The notes: a model not told the origin generated them from the letters alone. A stretch of DNA of 64,000 nucleotides from Eledone cirrhosa (GCA_964016885.1 OZ024749.1:10602001-10666000), one strand, 5' to 3'; shown: positions 38,030 through 51,855, counted from the first letter of the stretch. Program-made: numbers and translations.

Positions 38030-39793
38030 CCCTTTAGCATTTACATTACTCTATATATACTATTATACTTTCGTGGTAAAGGCTTTATCTCACATAATAT
38101 CTCACATAACATTTACATTACTCTATACTAGCTGACGTACCCAGCTTCGCCCGGGTAAACAGATGATAAGAGAAGACAGGTAAAAGAGAAAATGACTGTA
38201 TTGGATGTTTGTCTGGTTACAGTATGAGGCGAGTCCGTGGTGTCTGTGTGATACAGAAAACAGTAAAAAAAAATTTTCCAGATATACCAGATTCTTCGTT
38301 GTACCGTTTGTGCATAGTATATGCACAATTCTAGGTGCTCCCACCTAGAATAGTGACCTCTAGGAGATGGTTCATCTTCTGCCTGACTGTAAAACGTGTA
38401 CCATTGCATAGACGTGGTTGTTCCACGTTTCTCAAAAGGATGATGGAAGTTCCAATCTTTTATATTATATGTAAATATAGATATAGATAATTAATATAAA
38501 AGATGATGCTCAGCCAGTTCGTCTTCAACCATTGCAGCATGCCATCGCTGCTTGGCTCCGGTGTTTCGTTGGCGTTGTTCAGCCAGCTCCCCTTCATTCA
38601 TGGCGGCACGTCTTCGCCTCTGAAGTTCGGCGTTCCGATGGTGCTGTTCAGCCCGTTTTTCTTCATTCCTGGCTGCACACCGTCGCTGCTGTAGTTCACT
38701 GTTTGATAAAGTCGAATTGCTTTTATCATCAGTATTCATTTCGAGCAATTGTCAAAAAATGACACAATAATAAATATAAAAGATGTCCGTCAATGTAAAA
38801 AAAGGTCCCTATTTACTCCCTTCACAACTCTGTGTATGTTAGACTGACAGACAGGCACACAGACAGATAAACTGCGTGGCGATTGTGGAACGCCCCACGT
38901 ACACACACATACACGCATGGAAACGCGCACATGCACGCAAATTTACACACGCACCCGTGCACTAACACATGTTGATAGTTTTTACTTTCTGTGGAATGCT
39001 GCACGCATGCACACAGACATAAACATACGCGCACGTACATAAACACGCACACATGGTAATAGTTACAGCATTCACTTTGCCTCTCTGTTTCTTACTCTCC
39101 CCTCTCACTCCCTCATTGGCATTATACGTATTAATTTAAGTTTGGCGTTACTCTATATATACTATTATATTTTCATGGTAAAGGCTTTACCTCACATAAC
39201 ATTTACATTACTCTATATATACTATAATATTTTCATGGTAAAGGCTTTACCTCACATAATATCTCACATAACATTTACATTACTCTATATTTACTATTAT
39301 ATTTTCATGGTAAAGGCTTTACCTCACATAACATTTACATTTCTCTATATATACTATTATATTTTCATGGTAAAGGCTTTACCTCACATAACATTTACAT
39401 TACTCTATATATACTATAATATTTTCATGGTAAAGGCTTTACCTCACATAATATCTCACATAACATTTACATTTCTCTATATTTACTATTATATTTTCAT
39501 GGTAAAGGCTCTACCTCACATAACATTTACATTACCCTATATATACTATTAAACTTTCATAGCAAAGGCTTTACCTCACATAACATTTACATTACTCTAT
39601 ATATACTATTGTATTTTCATAGTAAAGGCTTTACCTCACATAAATATCTCACATAATATCGAATCTGTGAGAAGTCAATATTTATTTTGAGAACAATACC
39701 TTAATGTCAGTATGAGCAGCCAGTTACAGCCAGTTTGAACAGCAAGAGGTGAGAAGATTCTGGCCAGTTACAGCCAGTTTAAATACTAAAGGG
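38030..39793. mobile_element. piggyBac-like MITE expanded by a nested Helitron-like element and a 60/72-bp internal tandem array
   Basis: TTAA-CCCTTTAGCATTTA ... TAAATACTAAAGGG-TTAA. The tandem array lies at 39145-39655. Confidence 0.75.
38128..39147 (-). mobile_element. Helitron-like element remnant
   Basis: The + strand reads A-CTAG-CTGACGTACCCAGCTTCGCCCGGGTA, the reverse of a hairpin + CTAG 3' end. The charged repetitive ORF 38491-38748 (QRRRAAMNEGELAEQRQRN) resembles the N-terminal repeats of Helitron RepHel proteins. Confidence 0.6.
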
Positions 39794-42301
39794 TTAATAC
39801 ATTACAGTTTACTTACCTTAGCCTTTATTCTGTACACACACATATGTACATATACCAACACATGTACTCACACACACATATATACATGTACCCCCACACA
39901 TACTGCCATACAATAACCTGCTACATACACGCACCCCTACACACACACACATACCCATACAACCATCCGCCACATATTCACCCAACCCCCTACACACACA
40001 CTCATACAACCACATGCATGCACACAATCCCCTACACACATACATACAACCACACACACACAACCCCCTACAACCACATGCATACACACACAACCCCTAC
40101 ACACACAACCCTCTCTCTCTACACACACACACACACAACCCCCTACGCACTCATACACCCATTCATCCGATTCGTTCTAAACACTGTAATTAAGATCTAA
40201 TCAGGATGAAATACCATTTAATTAAATTCATTGTTTTCATTGTTTGAAATAAATTAAATATTAAATTTGGGAAAATAAGATTCTATGGAAGATTTCCTGA
40301 ACGACTGCTTTTTAAATACCTACATCTCATTATATTAGTCTCTCATTTATTAGACTGGGGCCATTCTGAGGCACCACTTTTAGTCAACAGCATCAACCCC
40401 AGTATTTTCAAGTCTGGGACATATTTGATCAATTTCTTTTGTGTCATTTATGTACTTTATATGTATATTGTGTATTATGTAGTACATGTACATCAGCATC
40501 ATCGTTTAACATCTATCTTCCACGCTAGCATGGGTTTAGACGGGAATTACCCCACTTGAGGCAAGATTGGTCGTCTCGCTCGTGTAGGACTGTCTGGCAG
40601 GTTTTCTACGACTGGATGCCCTTCCTAACACCAACCACGTTTACAGTGTATAAGTATATATATTATTTATAAGTATATAAACCGAGTGCAGCCCACACCA
40701 TAAGTGGGGTTTTGTGCTTCGGAAGAGTACCCAACCAAAACATGATCCCAATAAGAGCAAGGCACGGCACGGCCAACTGGCCAGAATTGCCTCATAGTAG
40801 GACCAAACAGTTCCACACAGTAAACGGGGTTGATGTTAGAAAGGACATCCATCAAATGTAAAAACCCAGCCAAAACACAATCTTGCTATGAGCAAGATAT
40901 GGTGCAGCTAATTTGCCAGATCTCCCTCATAATAGAACTACCCAGCTCCCAAAATACAGTTCTACTATGAGCAGGGTATGACGTGGCCAACTGCCTCATA
41001 ACAGTGCCACTCTCTGTTCTACACTGTGAATATGGTTGGGTGTTGGGAAGGGCATCCAACAACTTAGCCTAAACGAGGTCCTGTTATGAGCAAGGTACAG
41101 TATGCTCAACTGGTCAAACTTGTATCCTAACATGGACGACCCGTGGTTCAATAGACGTTGGTGATATGTCAAACTGTCATAAAATGCTGATTAATCAGTG
41201 AATAATGATGCAATTAGATTCAAGTACTCAACGTCACATATATCCTTCCAAATGTGATTTGTTTGTCCATGACAGAATTCACAAACAATAATAGTTTCTT
41301 ATATAGGGACAAGGCCTGCAATTTTAGGGGAGGGGAAAGTCGATTAAATCGAACCCAGTGCTTGACTGGTACTTTATTTTATCGACCGCGTAAGGATGAC
41401 ACAAACAATAACGATAATTGTGAACGCCAGATGTAAATAGTTGTAATTCATTTATCCATAACCAGCCATAATACATATTTCTATGGTGTTTATGATTATG
41501 TGATGCTGTGATCTTGCACCCATCTACATGACTTCATCAGACAGCATCTTAAGTATAAGGTTGTTTTGTAAAATATTGCTAATGCAATAAAAGCTATGGA
41601 AAAGTTTGATGCTTCTCTTGGACAAGTCTGATGATTGCCACAGAAATATGTTGGCAGAGTGGGATTTACGTATAAGCTAAACAAGCTATAGCTTAGGGCC
41701 CCCACTTTCTTGGGGCCCGAAAAAATTGAAAAAAACGGTGTGTACATTTCCAAAATATAAGATAAAAAAAGAACTAAAATAATGCAATAGTTTTAAACAG
41801 TTTTCTGCTTTAATATTGAACGTTTTGCAGTTTTTATAACATCTTTTAAAACATATAAAGGGCCCCATTATCTCAAATAGCTTAGGGCCTCATCAAATCT
41901 AAATCCAGCCCTGTATGTTGGCATGGGTTGGACGAGATATTTTGAGGCAATGTTTTACAGCCAGATGCCTTTTCCTTACATCAACCCTTTTAGTCACTTC
42001 TTACAACACACAACAATATGGTTTACAAAATTCCACGATCCATCCAGAAGACATTGACCAAGCCGAGACTTACAGTAGAAGATACTTTAAGTCAGCAATG
42101 AGAAAAATATTTGCTCTAGGGTTCTTACATATTTGATATATATTTATCCTTATTGAGCCCTCTTTGGATATTAGTCATCACATTTATTATTATTACTAAT
42201 TAAATATATATATATATATAACAAAGGAATTGTGGTAAGGAACCAAATGGACCATAACGCACCAGAGTACTCAATACTTAGGGTAGTAGAGTGGGAAATA
42301 G

Positions 42302-42408
42302 GAAAAAGTATGACCTCGACGGCAGAGTTCAAGCCGTTTCGACGGCTATTTCTGGACGAAATAGCCGTCGAAACGGCTTGAGCTCTGACGTCGGGGTCAT
42401 ACTTTTTC
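42302..42408. repeat. 107-bp near-perfect palindrome between (TA)n tracts
   Basis: GAAAAAGTATGACC...GGCTATTTC tggac GAAATAGCC...GGTCATACTTTTTC. Confidence 0.92.
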
Positions 42409-42929
42409 ATATATATATATATATATATATAATTTTGCCCAAGATGACACAAAGTAGGACTGAACGTAAAACCACATGGTTGTGAAGTGAATGCCTGTGT
42501 CCTGCGTGGTTAATGTCTCTTTTCCTTAATAATTACCATAATGATTAGGAAGTTATCTATTGTTTTTCCAAAGGTGATTGATTAAAAATTAAAAAAACAT
42601 AAACAATAACAAACCCAGAAACCAAATTAATCTAATTTAATTATGTCTATTGAGTAAAAATAATAAACATTTGTAGAAATATTTGCTTAATTATAAAAAT
42701 TACAGACATTTACAAAAAGTAGTAGAAAAAATAGTTTTAACAAACAAATAAAGAAACTAATTAAAAATAAATAAAATAAATATGTGATTAAATAAATAAA
42801 TAACTGAACTTGTGGAAGAAAGTTATGTAAATATTTTAAACATTTGTTTAAATTATTGATTAAATTTGATTTGATTTGATTGGTTGTACAACAGACTGTT
42901 GCTAAACTTCTTAACTCTGGGTGTGGATG

Positions 42930-44367
42930 CGTCTGAGCATTGATGTGTGTATGGGTGTGTGAGTATTGATGTGTGTGTGTATCGATGGATGGATGTGTAT
43001 AGATGTGTGTGTATCTATGTGGATGTGTGGGTGTATGTGTGCAAAAGAGAAAGTGTGTGATTTAGAGGCACACAGTGCAGGTGTATGTGTGTATGTATGG
43101 ATATATGTGAGAGAGACAGTGTGTATGTAAATGTGTGAGAGAGACAGTGTGTATGTAAATGTATGCGTGCGTGTGTGTATGGATATGTGTGAGAGAGAGA
43201 CAGTGTGTATGTAAATGTATGTGTGTGTGTATGGATGTGTGAGAGAGACAGTGTGTGTATGTAAATGTATGTGTGCATGTATGTATGGATATATGTGAAA
43301 GAGACAGTGTGTGTATGTAAATGTATGTGTGCGTGTGTGTATGGATATATGTGAGAGACACTGTGTGTATGTAAATGTATGTGTGCGTGTGTGTATGGAT
43401 ATATGTGTGTGAGACAGTGTGTATGTAAATGTGTGTGTGTGTGTGTGAGAGACAGAGTGTATGTAAAGGTATGTGTGCGTGTGTGTATGGATATATGTGA
43501 GAGAGACAGTGTGTGTGTAAATGTATGTGTGTGTGTGTATGGATATATGTGTGTGAGAGAGACAGTGTGTATGTAAATGTATGTGTGTGTGTGTGTATGG
43601 ATAGTGTGAGAGAGAGAGTGTGTATGTAAATGTATGTGTGTGTGTGTGTGTATGGATATATGTGAGAGAGAGACAGTGTGTGTATGTAAATGTATGTGTG
43701 CATGTGTGTATGGATATATGGGTGAGAGACAGTGTGTATGTAAATGTATGTGTGCGTGTGTGTATGGATATATGTGTGTGAGAGAAACAGTGTGTGTATG
43801 TAAATGTATGTGAGCGTGTGTGTATGGATATATGTGTGTGAGACAGTGTGTATGTAAATGTATGTGTGCGTGTGTGTATGGATATATGTGTGAGAGACAC
43901 AGTATGTATGTAAATGTATGTGTGTGTGTGTGTATGGATATATGTGTGTGTGTGTATGGATATATGTGTGTGAGAGACAGTGTGTATGTAAATGTATGTG
44001 TGCATGTGTGTATGGATATATGTGTGAGAGAGACAGTGTGTATGTAAATGTATGTGTGCGTGTGTGTATGGATATATGTGTGTGAGAGACAGTGTGTGTA
44101 TGTAAATGTATGTGTGCATGTGTGTATGGATATATGTGTGTGAGTGAGACAGTGTGTGTATGTAAATGTATGTGTGTGTGTGTGTATGTAAATGTATGTG
44201 TGTGTGTGTGTATGGATATGTGTGAGAGAGACAGTGTGTGTATGTAAATGTATGTGTGTGTGTGTGTATGGATATATGTGTGTGAGAGAGAGAGTGTGTG
44301 TATGTAAATGTATGTGTGTGTGTGTGTATGGATATATGTGTGAGAGAGACAGTGTGTATGTAAATGT
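42930..44367. repeat. Complex GT-rich minisatellite (~55-60 bp unit with GAGACAGTGTGTATGTAAATGTATG...TATGGATAT)
   Basis: More than 20 variable-length units built on (GT)n. It produces the spurious His/Thr ORFs in the track. Confidence 0.95.
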
Positions 44368-44841
44368 GGACGACTTGATAAATTCCGACCTCACACACTT
44401 ACACCTCTCCAAGACAATGTCACTGGACCGAGATCGTTGGCGCTACGCAGTAATACAGAAGACCCGCCTTGCCTAAGTACAAAGCGAAACCTACAGTCAG
44501 TAGGCATCTCTTAACATAAATACACCCCCGCCCCACCCTTTCAATGTAAAGTTATGTTGGTACCACAACATCCAGTCCGAAACAAATGAGGTCGTGTAGG
44601 TGTCACGACAAAAAAAACACAGTCCACGCTGTAATGTGGCCGTGTAGGTAACACGGTAAAAACCTCCCAGACCCACACTGTAAACGTGGTTGGTGTTAGG
44701 AAGGGCATCCAGCCGTAGAAAACCCGCCAGACAGTCCAATACGAGCAAGACAACCAATCTTGCCTCAAGTGGGAAAACTCCCGTCCAAACCCATGCTAGC
44801 GTGGAACATGGACGTTAAACGATGATGATGATGATGATGAT
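44368..44841 (+). mobile_element. RTE LINE 3' end
   Basis: ORF2 end (MSLDRDRWRYAV), 3' UTR and (GAT)n tail. Confidence 0.82.
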
Positions 44842-45589
44842 GTGTGCGTGTGTGTATGGATATATGTGTGTGAGAAAGAGTGTGTATGTAAATGTGTGTG
44901 AGTATGGATATGTAAATGTATGTGTGCGTGACAAGAGAGACAATCCGTGTGTGAGTGTGTGTGGATGTGTGTGAGGGTATGGATGTATGCCAAGACTGTG
45001 TGTGGATTTACTGTGTATAGACAGCAAAATGAAACAGTTAAGAAATACAGCAACCATAAGACCTGAGGTTGACTCCCACTGTATCTTGGGCAAATATTTC
45101 AACCTTAGGTTGACCCAACACTTGGGTTATTCCAGTTTTTAGAATAGATATACCTGCATGTTCTATGAGGTGAGTAAAAGGGTGGGTGGTGTCAGGGAGG
45201 GCATTAAATTGTATAACATTGTTCCAAAACAGCCCCTACAACTCATGCCACCATATATATATATATATATTAGGGAGAGAGAGAGAGATAGGGAGAAAAA
45301 AGTTAGTTCCACAACAGTTAGTAAACTATTTTCAAGGATGCACATTTTATTTTGCAGATTTTCAGCTGTAGAAATGAGATAGGACTGGGGTCCCTACCAT
45401 TCCACTGCAAAGTGGTCGTGGAGGTGCCATGGCAAAAAAAGCACCCAGCCCACACTGTAAACGAGGTTGGTGTTAGGAAGGGCATCCAGCTGTAGAAATC
45501 AAGCCAGAATCAGTTCCCGTCCCACCCTTGCAAGCAGGGAAAAGCGGACGTAAAAATGATATATATTAAATTAACCTATATCTGTTACC

Positions 45590-46585
45590 ATGACAATATC
45601 CCTTTAAAAAGAAAAGGAAGTGTCGTCTTCCCTCTCTTCAACTATTATCTGCTAGTACAGCATTCCTCCACCCCCTCTGACTGCCATATTAGCATTTACT
45701 CTTCCCCCATTTCCTATCTCATCTTGCAGAAAGAGGTACATGAAATTCTATGATCCATTAATTCTATCTTATGTACACGAAGAGATGACAACAACCTCTG
45801 TCTGAATTTCATAAACGTTTTCCCCACCCTTCCACCCCTACTCACCACCTTAATGTAGTCCAATGAAAACATAGGAGAGTGACATTTTGTCAACGTAATG
45901 CCATAACCTACACACCTAAGACTATGGGTGATGCCTGCACCACCTTCACACACACCTTAACACTTCCCACAAAGACCTGGACTACTAATATCCCCTTCTA
46001 CCATAACTGGCTGCTAAGAAATATTCATAATAAACAAGGTCACAATGTGAACACCCACACCGACCCTCTCCTCCTTTTCAGACATGAAAAGCTAACCCCA
46101 AGTCATCCTCCACCACCAACACCACCAGGCGCACAGTATCGGCTCCCCGAGATTTCAGAGCCGCAGCCATCAATGTGCACTGAGATGTAGGTCAGGTGAG
46201 ATTGTGGAGATGCTTGAACAAAAGAATGTTGATGTATGCTGTATACAAGAGACCAGGCGGAGAGGAGAATCTTCCAGACTCCTAGTAGACAGAAAACAAT
46301 GTTTTAAATACTTCTGGAAGGCAATGACAGTGTGCTAGGAGGTGTAGGTATTATGCTAGCAGAAAAATGGTTGGACAAGGTAATCACAGTAATAGAATAA
46401 ATGACAGAATCATTAGTCTTGGGCTCATCCTAACTAGAATAATGGTATCAACCATGCCTGTCTATGCACTCCAATCTGGTCTGCCAGATGAACAAAAAGA
46501 CTTCTTCTACGAGTCCCTAATAAGTGCAACCCCCCAAACCAGAAACGCTGACTTCACCATTATTGCAGGTGATTTCAATGGGATC
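45590..46585 (+). mobile_element. RTE LINE 5' region and endonuclease fragment
   Basis: EIVEMLEQKNVDVCCIQETR, GGVGIML, VYALQSG and IIAGDFNG. Confidence 0.75.
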
Positions 46586-46954
46586 GCTGTCTGGATAACG
46601 ACCATCAGTCAGAAACAGTCGACGGTCGGCAGATTACCAGCTTCTGCTACTGGTGGAATCCACCTGGTGGCACTAGCCATCAGCTTCCAAAATTCATAGT
46701 TAAAAGGCTTTCAAATGTTTATTCGTAAACATACCGTATATTATCAGATATACAAATACACATACCTGTATGTATACAGCTACTTTGGAGTGAATACCTT
46801 AATATTAAGGTGACACTGAAAGTGGCGATGACTACTGTAATGGCAATTCCCTACCAAATACAGTGGGCTGGTGTTTTTGACCTGTTCAGAGGAGGCTAAC
46901 TCCCCGTTGATGAACCTACTCTTAGCCGATTGAGTAATGTTTAATAGCATTATT

Positions 46955-47135
46955 GGATTGGCAGTATCGGTAGAGGGTCGGACACGATGCTTTGATGTAT
47001 AGAGTTACGTCCCTTGCCATTCTGAGTTCAAATCTCGCCGAGGTTAACTTTGCCTTTCAACCTTACGGGGTCGATAAAATAAAGTACCAGTAAAGCACTG
47101 GGTAATTGCTGGCCTTGTGCCAAACGTAGAAACCA
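46955..47135 (+). mobile_element. tRNA-derived SINE (same family as 24542)
   Basis: TGGCAGTATCGGTAGAGGGTCGGAC ... GAGTTCAAATC ... GGGGTCGATAAAATAAAGTACCAG. Further copies at 47452-47615, 34600-34790 and 50322-50500 (partial). Confidence 0.85.
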
Positions 47136-48458
47136 TTATCTAATTTCTGTGCATGCCAGTCCAAAATGGACTGTTGCCAGCAGATGGGGTAATAGAAACT
47201 AGTGCCTAGTCTGGGTACAGCGAATTAAATTCTCTACCCACACAAAATGGTTTCTCTCACTATTAACATATAAGTATGCACTCTGCTTTCCTTTCTGGTT
47301 GTTCTCAACCTCTCTCGCAAACTATATCATTTAACTAATAGAGTCTGACACTAAGGTACACAACCTAATGGAGTATAATAGTCAAGGCAACCTCTTATAA
47401 CTTTAAGAAGTAGTGTCAATTATGTCTGATGAAAGCATATTATATTATATGGGCAGTGAATTGGCAGTATCGGTAGAGGGTCGGACATGCTTTCCAGCGT
47501 AGTTACGTCTCTTTACAATCTGAGTTCAAATCCCGCCGAGGCTAACTTTGCCTTTCATCCTTACGGGGTCGATAAAATAAAGTAACAGTAATGTACTGGG
47601 TAATCGCTGGCCTTGTGCTCACCTCATGTACTTAACAATAGGGCAGAAACTGTAATAAATTGCCAACATACTCTTTCTTTAACAGGACATTTGACCCAAT
47701 GTAACCCTCTTATTCTCAACCTTTTCTCTCCTCTCTCAACCATAAAACCCCTATTAGCTACCTCTTATAGATTAGCCAGATTATCTAAATCACTACTGCT
47801 TATTAAACAACTTTCCAAACATTTTTTTTTCTAAATGCAACATAGTTACGTCCCTTAGATTATTACACCCCTTTGTAACCGCCATTTTTATTTACAAATT
47901 AAACTCATTCGATTTCATCTTCGTGAGCTATGTATTTTGATGTATATTTACCTCTGCTTTAAAGGAATTTTTGTTTGGTTTTAAACGTATTACCTTCTCC
48001 TCCATTTATTCTGCTTATACTTGCTTTGCTTACATTCGTCATTAAATATTAACTCTTCTTTAATATTTAACACTGCACCCCTAAGCATTGAGCACACCTC
48101 GCTTCGGCTATTGGCCTCTAGTATACAGTAGTACACTTTTTTCTCACTCCTTTCTTATGATACATATCTCCTCTTTATATATATATGTTCGCATGCCAAC
48201 ATAAGAGCAAGATTCTACTGACATGGCTATAAAATTGAGGCTTGCATAATTGCAAACGAATCGAATGTTATTATTAATATTAAAAAAACTCAGATTACAT
48301 TTATTGTATTCAGCCATGTAGAACGAAATTTTCTTTTGCATATATACACATATATATATATGTATAAAACAGGCGAGGTATGCAAGACACACGCCTTGTC
48401 CATTCCCTGGTCGTTTCAATTTGGATTGCTTCGGGAACGTAACCTTATTATATAAGAA

Positions 48459-48533
48459 GCTGTCTGATGATGTCATGGCACTGGGTACTCGGAGTTGTGT
48501 GGCCACTGTTGTCATTGAAATAAGTATCATAGC
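48459..48533 (+). ncRNA. Degenerate type I hammerhead-like motif
   Basis: Stem I GCTGT/ATAGC, CTGATGA at 48464-48470, GAAA at 48517-48520, stem III ATA-ag-TAT, and AUC. The base of stem II is imperfect. Confidence 0.5.
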
Positions 48534-48601
48534 ATTTTCAATAAAGGACTTTAACATCTGAAACTACTTTGCATTTTCTTATTCTCTCTCTCTATATATA
48601 T

Positions 48602-48891
48602 ATATCACAGAAAAAAGAGAATCAGTGTTGCGACGAAAGGAATTTATTGGGCATATTACAAATGTTTCTCGGGCGACCAGCTCGAGGCACGATCGATATG
48701 GTGATCAAACCTGACTCTGAAATCAACACGGTCGTCAGATACATCTCGATTCTACGAAGCAGATTTTCCATAGGAAAATCTGCTTTGATCACCATATCGA
48801 TCGTGCCTCGAGCTGGTCGCCCGAGAAACATTTGTAATATGTCCAATAAATTCCTTTCGTCGCAACACTGATTCTCTTTTTTCTGTGATAT
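48602..48891. repeat. Long inverted repeat: 108-bp arms, 74-bp spacer
   Basis: 48602-48709 is the reverse complement of 48784-48891 with one visible mismatch. Confidence 0.93.
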
Positions 48892-51119
48892 CATACTCTG
48901 CTCTACGAGGGCATTGAGTGCTCATACGGCCTACCCCATACGGTTGCTTTAAGCATCCAACACCAATTATATATATATATATATGGACTTCCTCAGTTTC
49001 CATCAACCAGATATAACATTTTAACATTTCATTAAACCTTTCATTACCGTATTTCTAATTCCAACCCATGCAACACCTCTCTTGTCCAACCCATGCATAG
49101 AAGGCCAGAAAGCTGGACACGCTCCCCACAATACTGCTGAAATGGTTAAAAGCTCCCAATCCATCCTGTGAGGTGGTCATGCTGGTGACACAATAAAAGC
49201 CCCTAGTCACCATGTAAGGTACTCATTCTAGTGAAAGAGCATCCAGCCCACTCTGTAAGGTGATCATGTTGGTGACGCGACAAAAAGCACCCAGTCCGTC
49301 CTGTAATGTGGTTGACGTTAGGAAGGGCATCCAGCTGTAGAAACCAAGCCAGAAACAATTCTGTATGAGCCAAACACAGTCACCTGATCTGACTCGTCTC
49401 ACAACAGGAGAACGTATCTAACCCATGCTAGCATAGAAAAGTAGACGTTAAACAGAGATGATGATGATATGTGTTTCAATTAATTTTGAAAAGAACTAAA
49501 GCTGTATGTCATGTCCAAGGCCAAGCTGGAGGTCAGTGGTTCTACTTGACTACTGACCAGTCTGTGATGACATGTCCAACCTTTACCAGTAGAGAATAAA
49601 TGTTAAATCATATATAATTATATATATATATAATTATAATATGTTTACATACCAAAATTAAAAGTTTAAGACATTTAATTACTGACAATTGTTTCTTCCC
49701 ATAGGAATGTACCTCCAACAGCAAGTTATTTTATTTAAGAATTTGCAATCAGTTAGCACAAACCATAGGAATCATCAGAGTTTATTAAAATCCAAAATGA
49801 TTAATATAATATCAAGTCAAATCACTCAAGAACAAAAGATAATGTATATCACTTATCTAATTAAATAGCAGGTGAACAGTTGTCAGATGTATTACAATAG
49901 TTAAATGTTATTTAGAAGTGTAATAACTTTCTGGTTATGAACTGAAAGTTGTATAGTTTTATCAAAGCAATATACATAGAAGAAATCCATCAGAGGCAAC
50001 AGATTTAAAATTAAAATATATTTACTGCAGAATTAATATATCAGAAAGCATGAATGTATACAGAGTGAATATATATAAATAAAGAAGTTATTTATTTTAA
50101 TGCTTATATTGTTGAAGAGATGTTATACAGACTATAATAATTATTAAGTAATCAATAATATTTAATTAGATGTAAAAAGAAATTAAGGAATATAGTAATA
50201 TAAATAAATATATTTTTAAATTTATTTTTAAATTTACGTTTTTATTTATTTTTAAATTTACATCAGACAAGGGAGGTAATTCAAAGGATTATACCGGTGT
50301 TGAAATGTTAAGGTATATTATAGTACCAGTAATGTACTGAATATTTGCTGGCCTTGTGCCAAAAGTAGAAACAATTATTAATTTTGCAGAGTTCAAATCC
50401 CACCGAGGTTAACTTTGCCTTTCATCCTTACGGGATCAATAAAATGAAGTACCAGTAATGCACTGGGTAATTGCTGGCCTTGTGCCAAAAGTAGAAACAA
50501 TTATTAATTTTGCATTACCAAAGTATTATTGCTAAGTATATAAAGTTAAATTTATACGTATTTATCATACATACTTATCTAATAAATATCTAACTTATAT
50601 ACTTATCACATATATCGCAATGAGATATATGTGGGTGAGATATTTAAGAAAATTAATAAAATGAAATATCAATAGTAATTATAGTGAAATAAATTATTAA
50701 TTGAGCTAAAATACACCTAGTAAATAAGTAAAACCTATTCTTTACTCTTATAAATATTATTATTATTAATTATATTTATATATATACTAGGATTTTCTTC
50801 AATACACTGACGCATGTGTGTGCATATACACACATTCATAGGCATGAGTATATAAATATAAACGTTCAAATAAACAGACTTACAAAAATACACACTCAGA
50901 CATATACACAGCTTAGCAAATGGAACAGTAGCCATTATTTTGCTGTAGTTTTTTCACCACCACCTTCCTTCCTTTTATACACACATACATTCACGCAGGC
51001 AGCAGATGTAAAGAGAGAGGAGTAGTATGAGGTAGTGAAATTACTCCTTTCTCTTTACTTGTTATGAGAGAATTGCAAAAATTCATATATAGATATGCAC
51101 TGTAAAGTTATGTTTATAT

Positions 51120-51810
51120 CACAAAAAGCATCCAGTCCACACTGTAAAGTGGGCATGATGGCGACATGGCAAAAAGTACCCAGCCCACACTGTAACGTGG
51201 TCGTGTAGGTGTCATAACAAAAAGCACCCAGCCCACACTGTAAAGTGGTCGTGTAGGTGTCATAACAAAAAGTACCCAGCCCACACTGAAACATGGTCGT
51301 GTAGGTGCCATAACAAAAAGTACCCAGCCCACACTGTAACGTGGTTGTGTAGGTGTCATAACAAAAAGTACCCAGCCCACACTGTAACGTGGTCGTGTAG
51401 GTGTCATAACAAAAACCACCCAGCCCACACTGTAACGTGGTCGTGTAGGTGCCATAACAAAAAGTACCCAGCCCACACTGTAACGTGGTTGTGTAGGTGT
51501 CATAACAAAAAGTACCCAGCCCACACTGTAACGTGGTCGTGTAAGTGTCATAACAAAAACCACCCAGCCCACACTGTAACGTGGTCGTGTAGGTGTCATA
51601 ACAAAAAGCACCCAGCCCACACTGTAAAATGGTCATGTAGGTGTCACAACGAAAAGCACCTAGCCCACACTGTAGAGTGGGCATGTAGGTGTAGAAATCT
51701 AGCCAGAAACTTCTATATGAGCAAGACACAGTCACCGCATCTAACTTGCCTCAACTGAAACAACCCGTCTAACCCATGCTAGCATGGAAAGTGGACATTA
51801 GACGACGACA
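51120..51810 (+). repeat. 51-bp tandem array inside an RTE-tail element (~11 copies)
   Basis: Unit CCCAGCCCACACTGTAACGTGGTCGTGTAGGTGTCATAACAAAAAGYA-like. It ends in the RTE 3' terminus at about 51810. Confidence 0.92.
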
Positions 51811-51855
51811 TATATATATATATATATATATACATATACACACATACATACAAAT

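Noticed and set aside
39808-39835. 13-nt minus-strand microexon (CAG|AATAAAGGCTAAG|GTAAGT)
   Set aside because: There is no polypyrimidine tract, it would frameshift and contains TAA, and exons 3 and 4 already join in frame.
42911-44412. 495-aa and 465-aa His/Thr-rich ORFs
   Set aside because: Artefacts of the GT-rich minisatellite.
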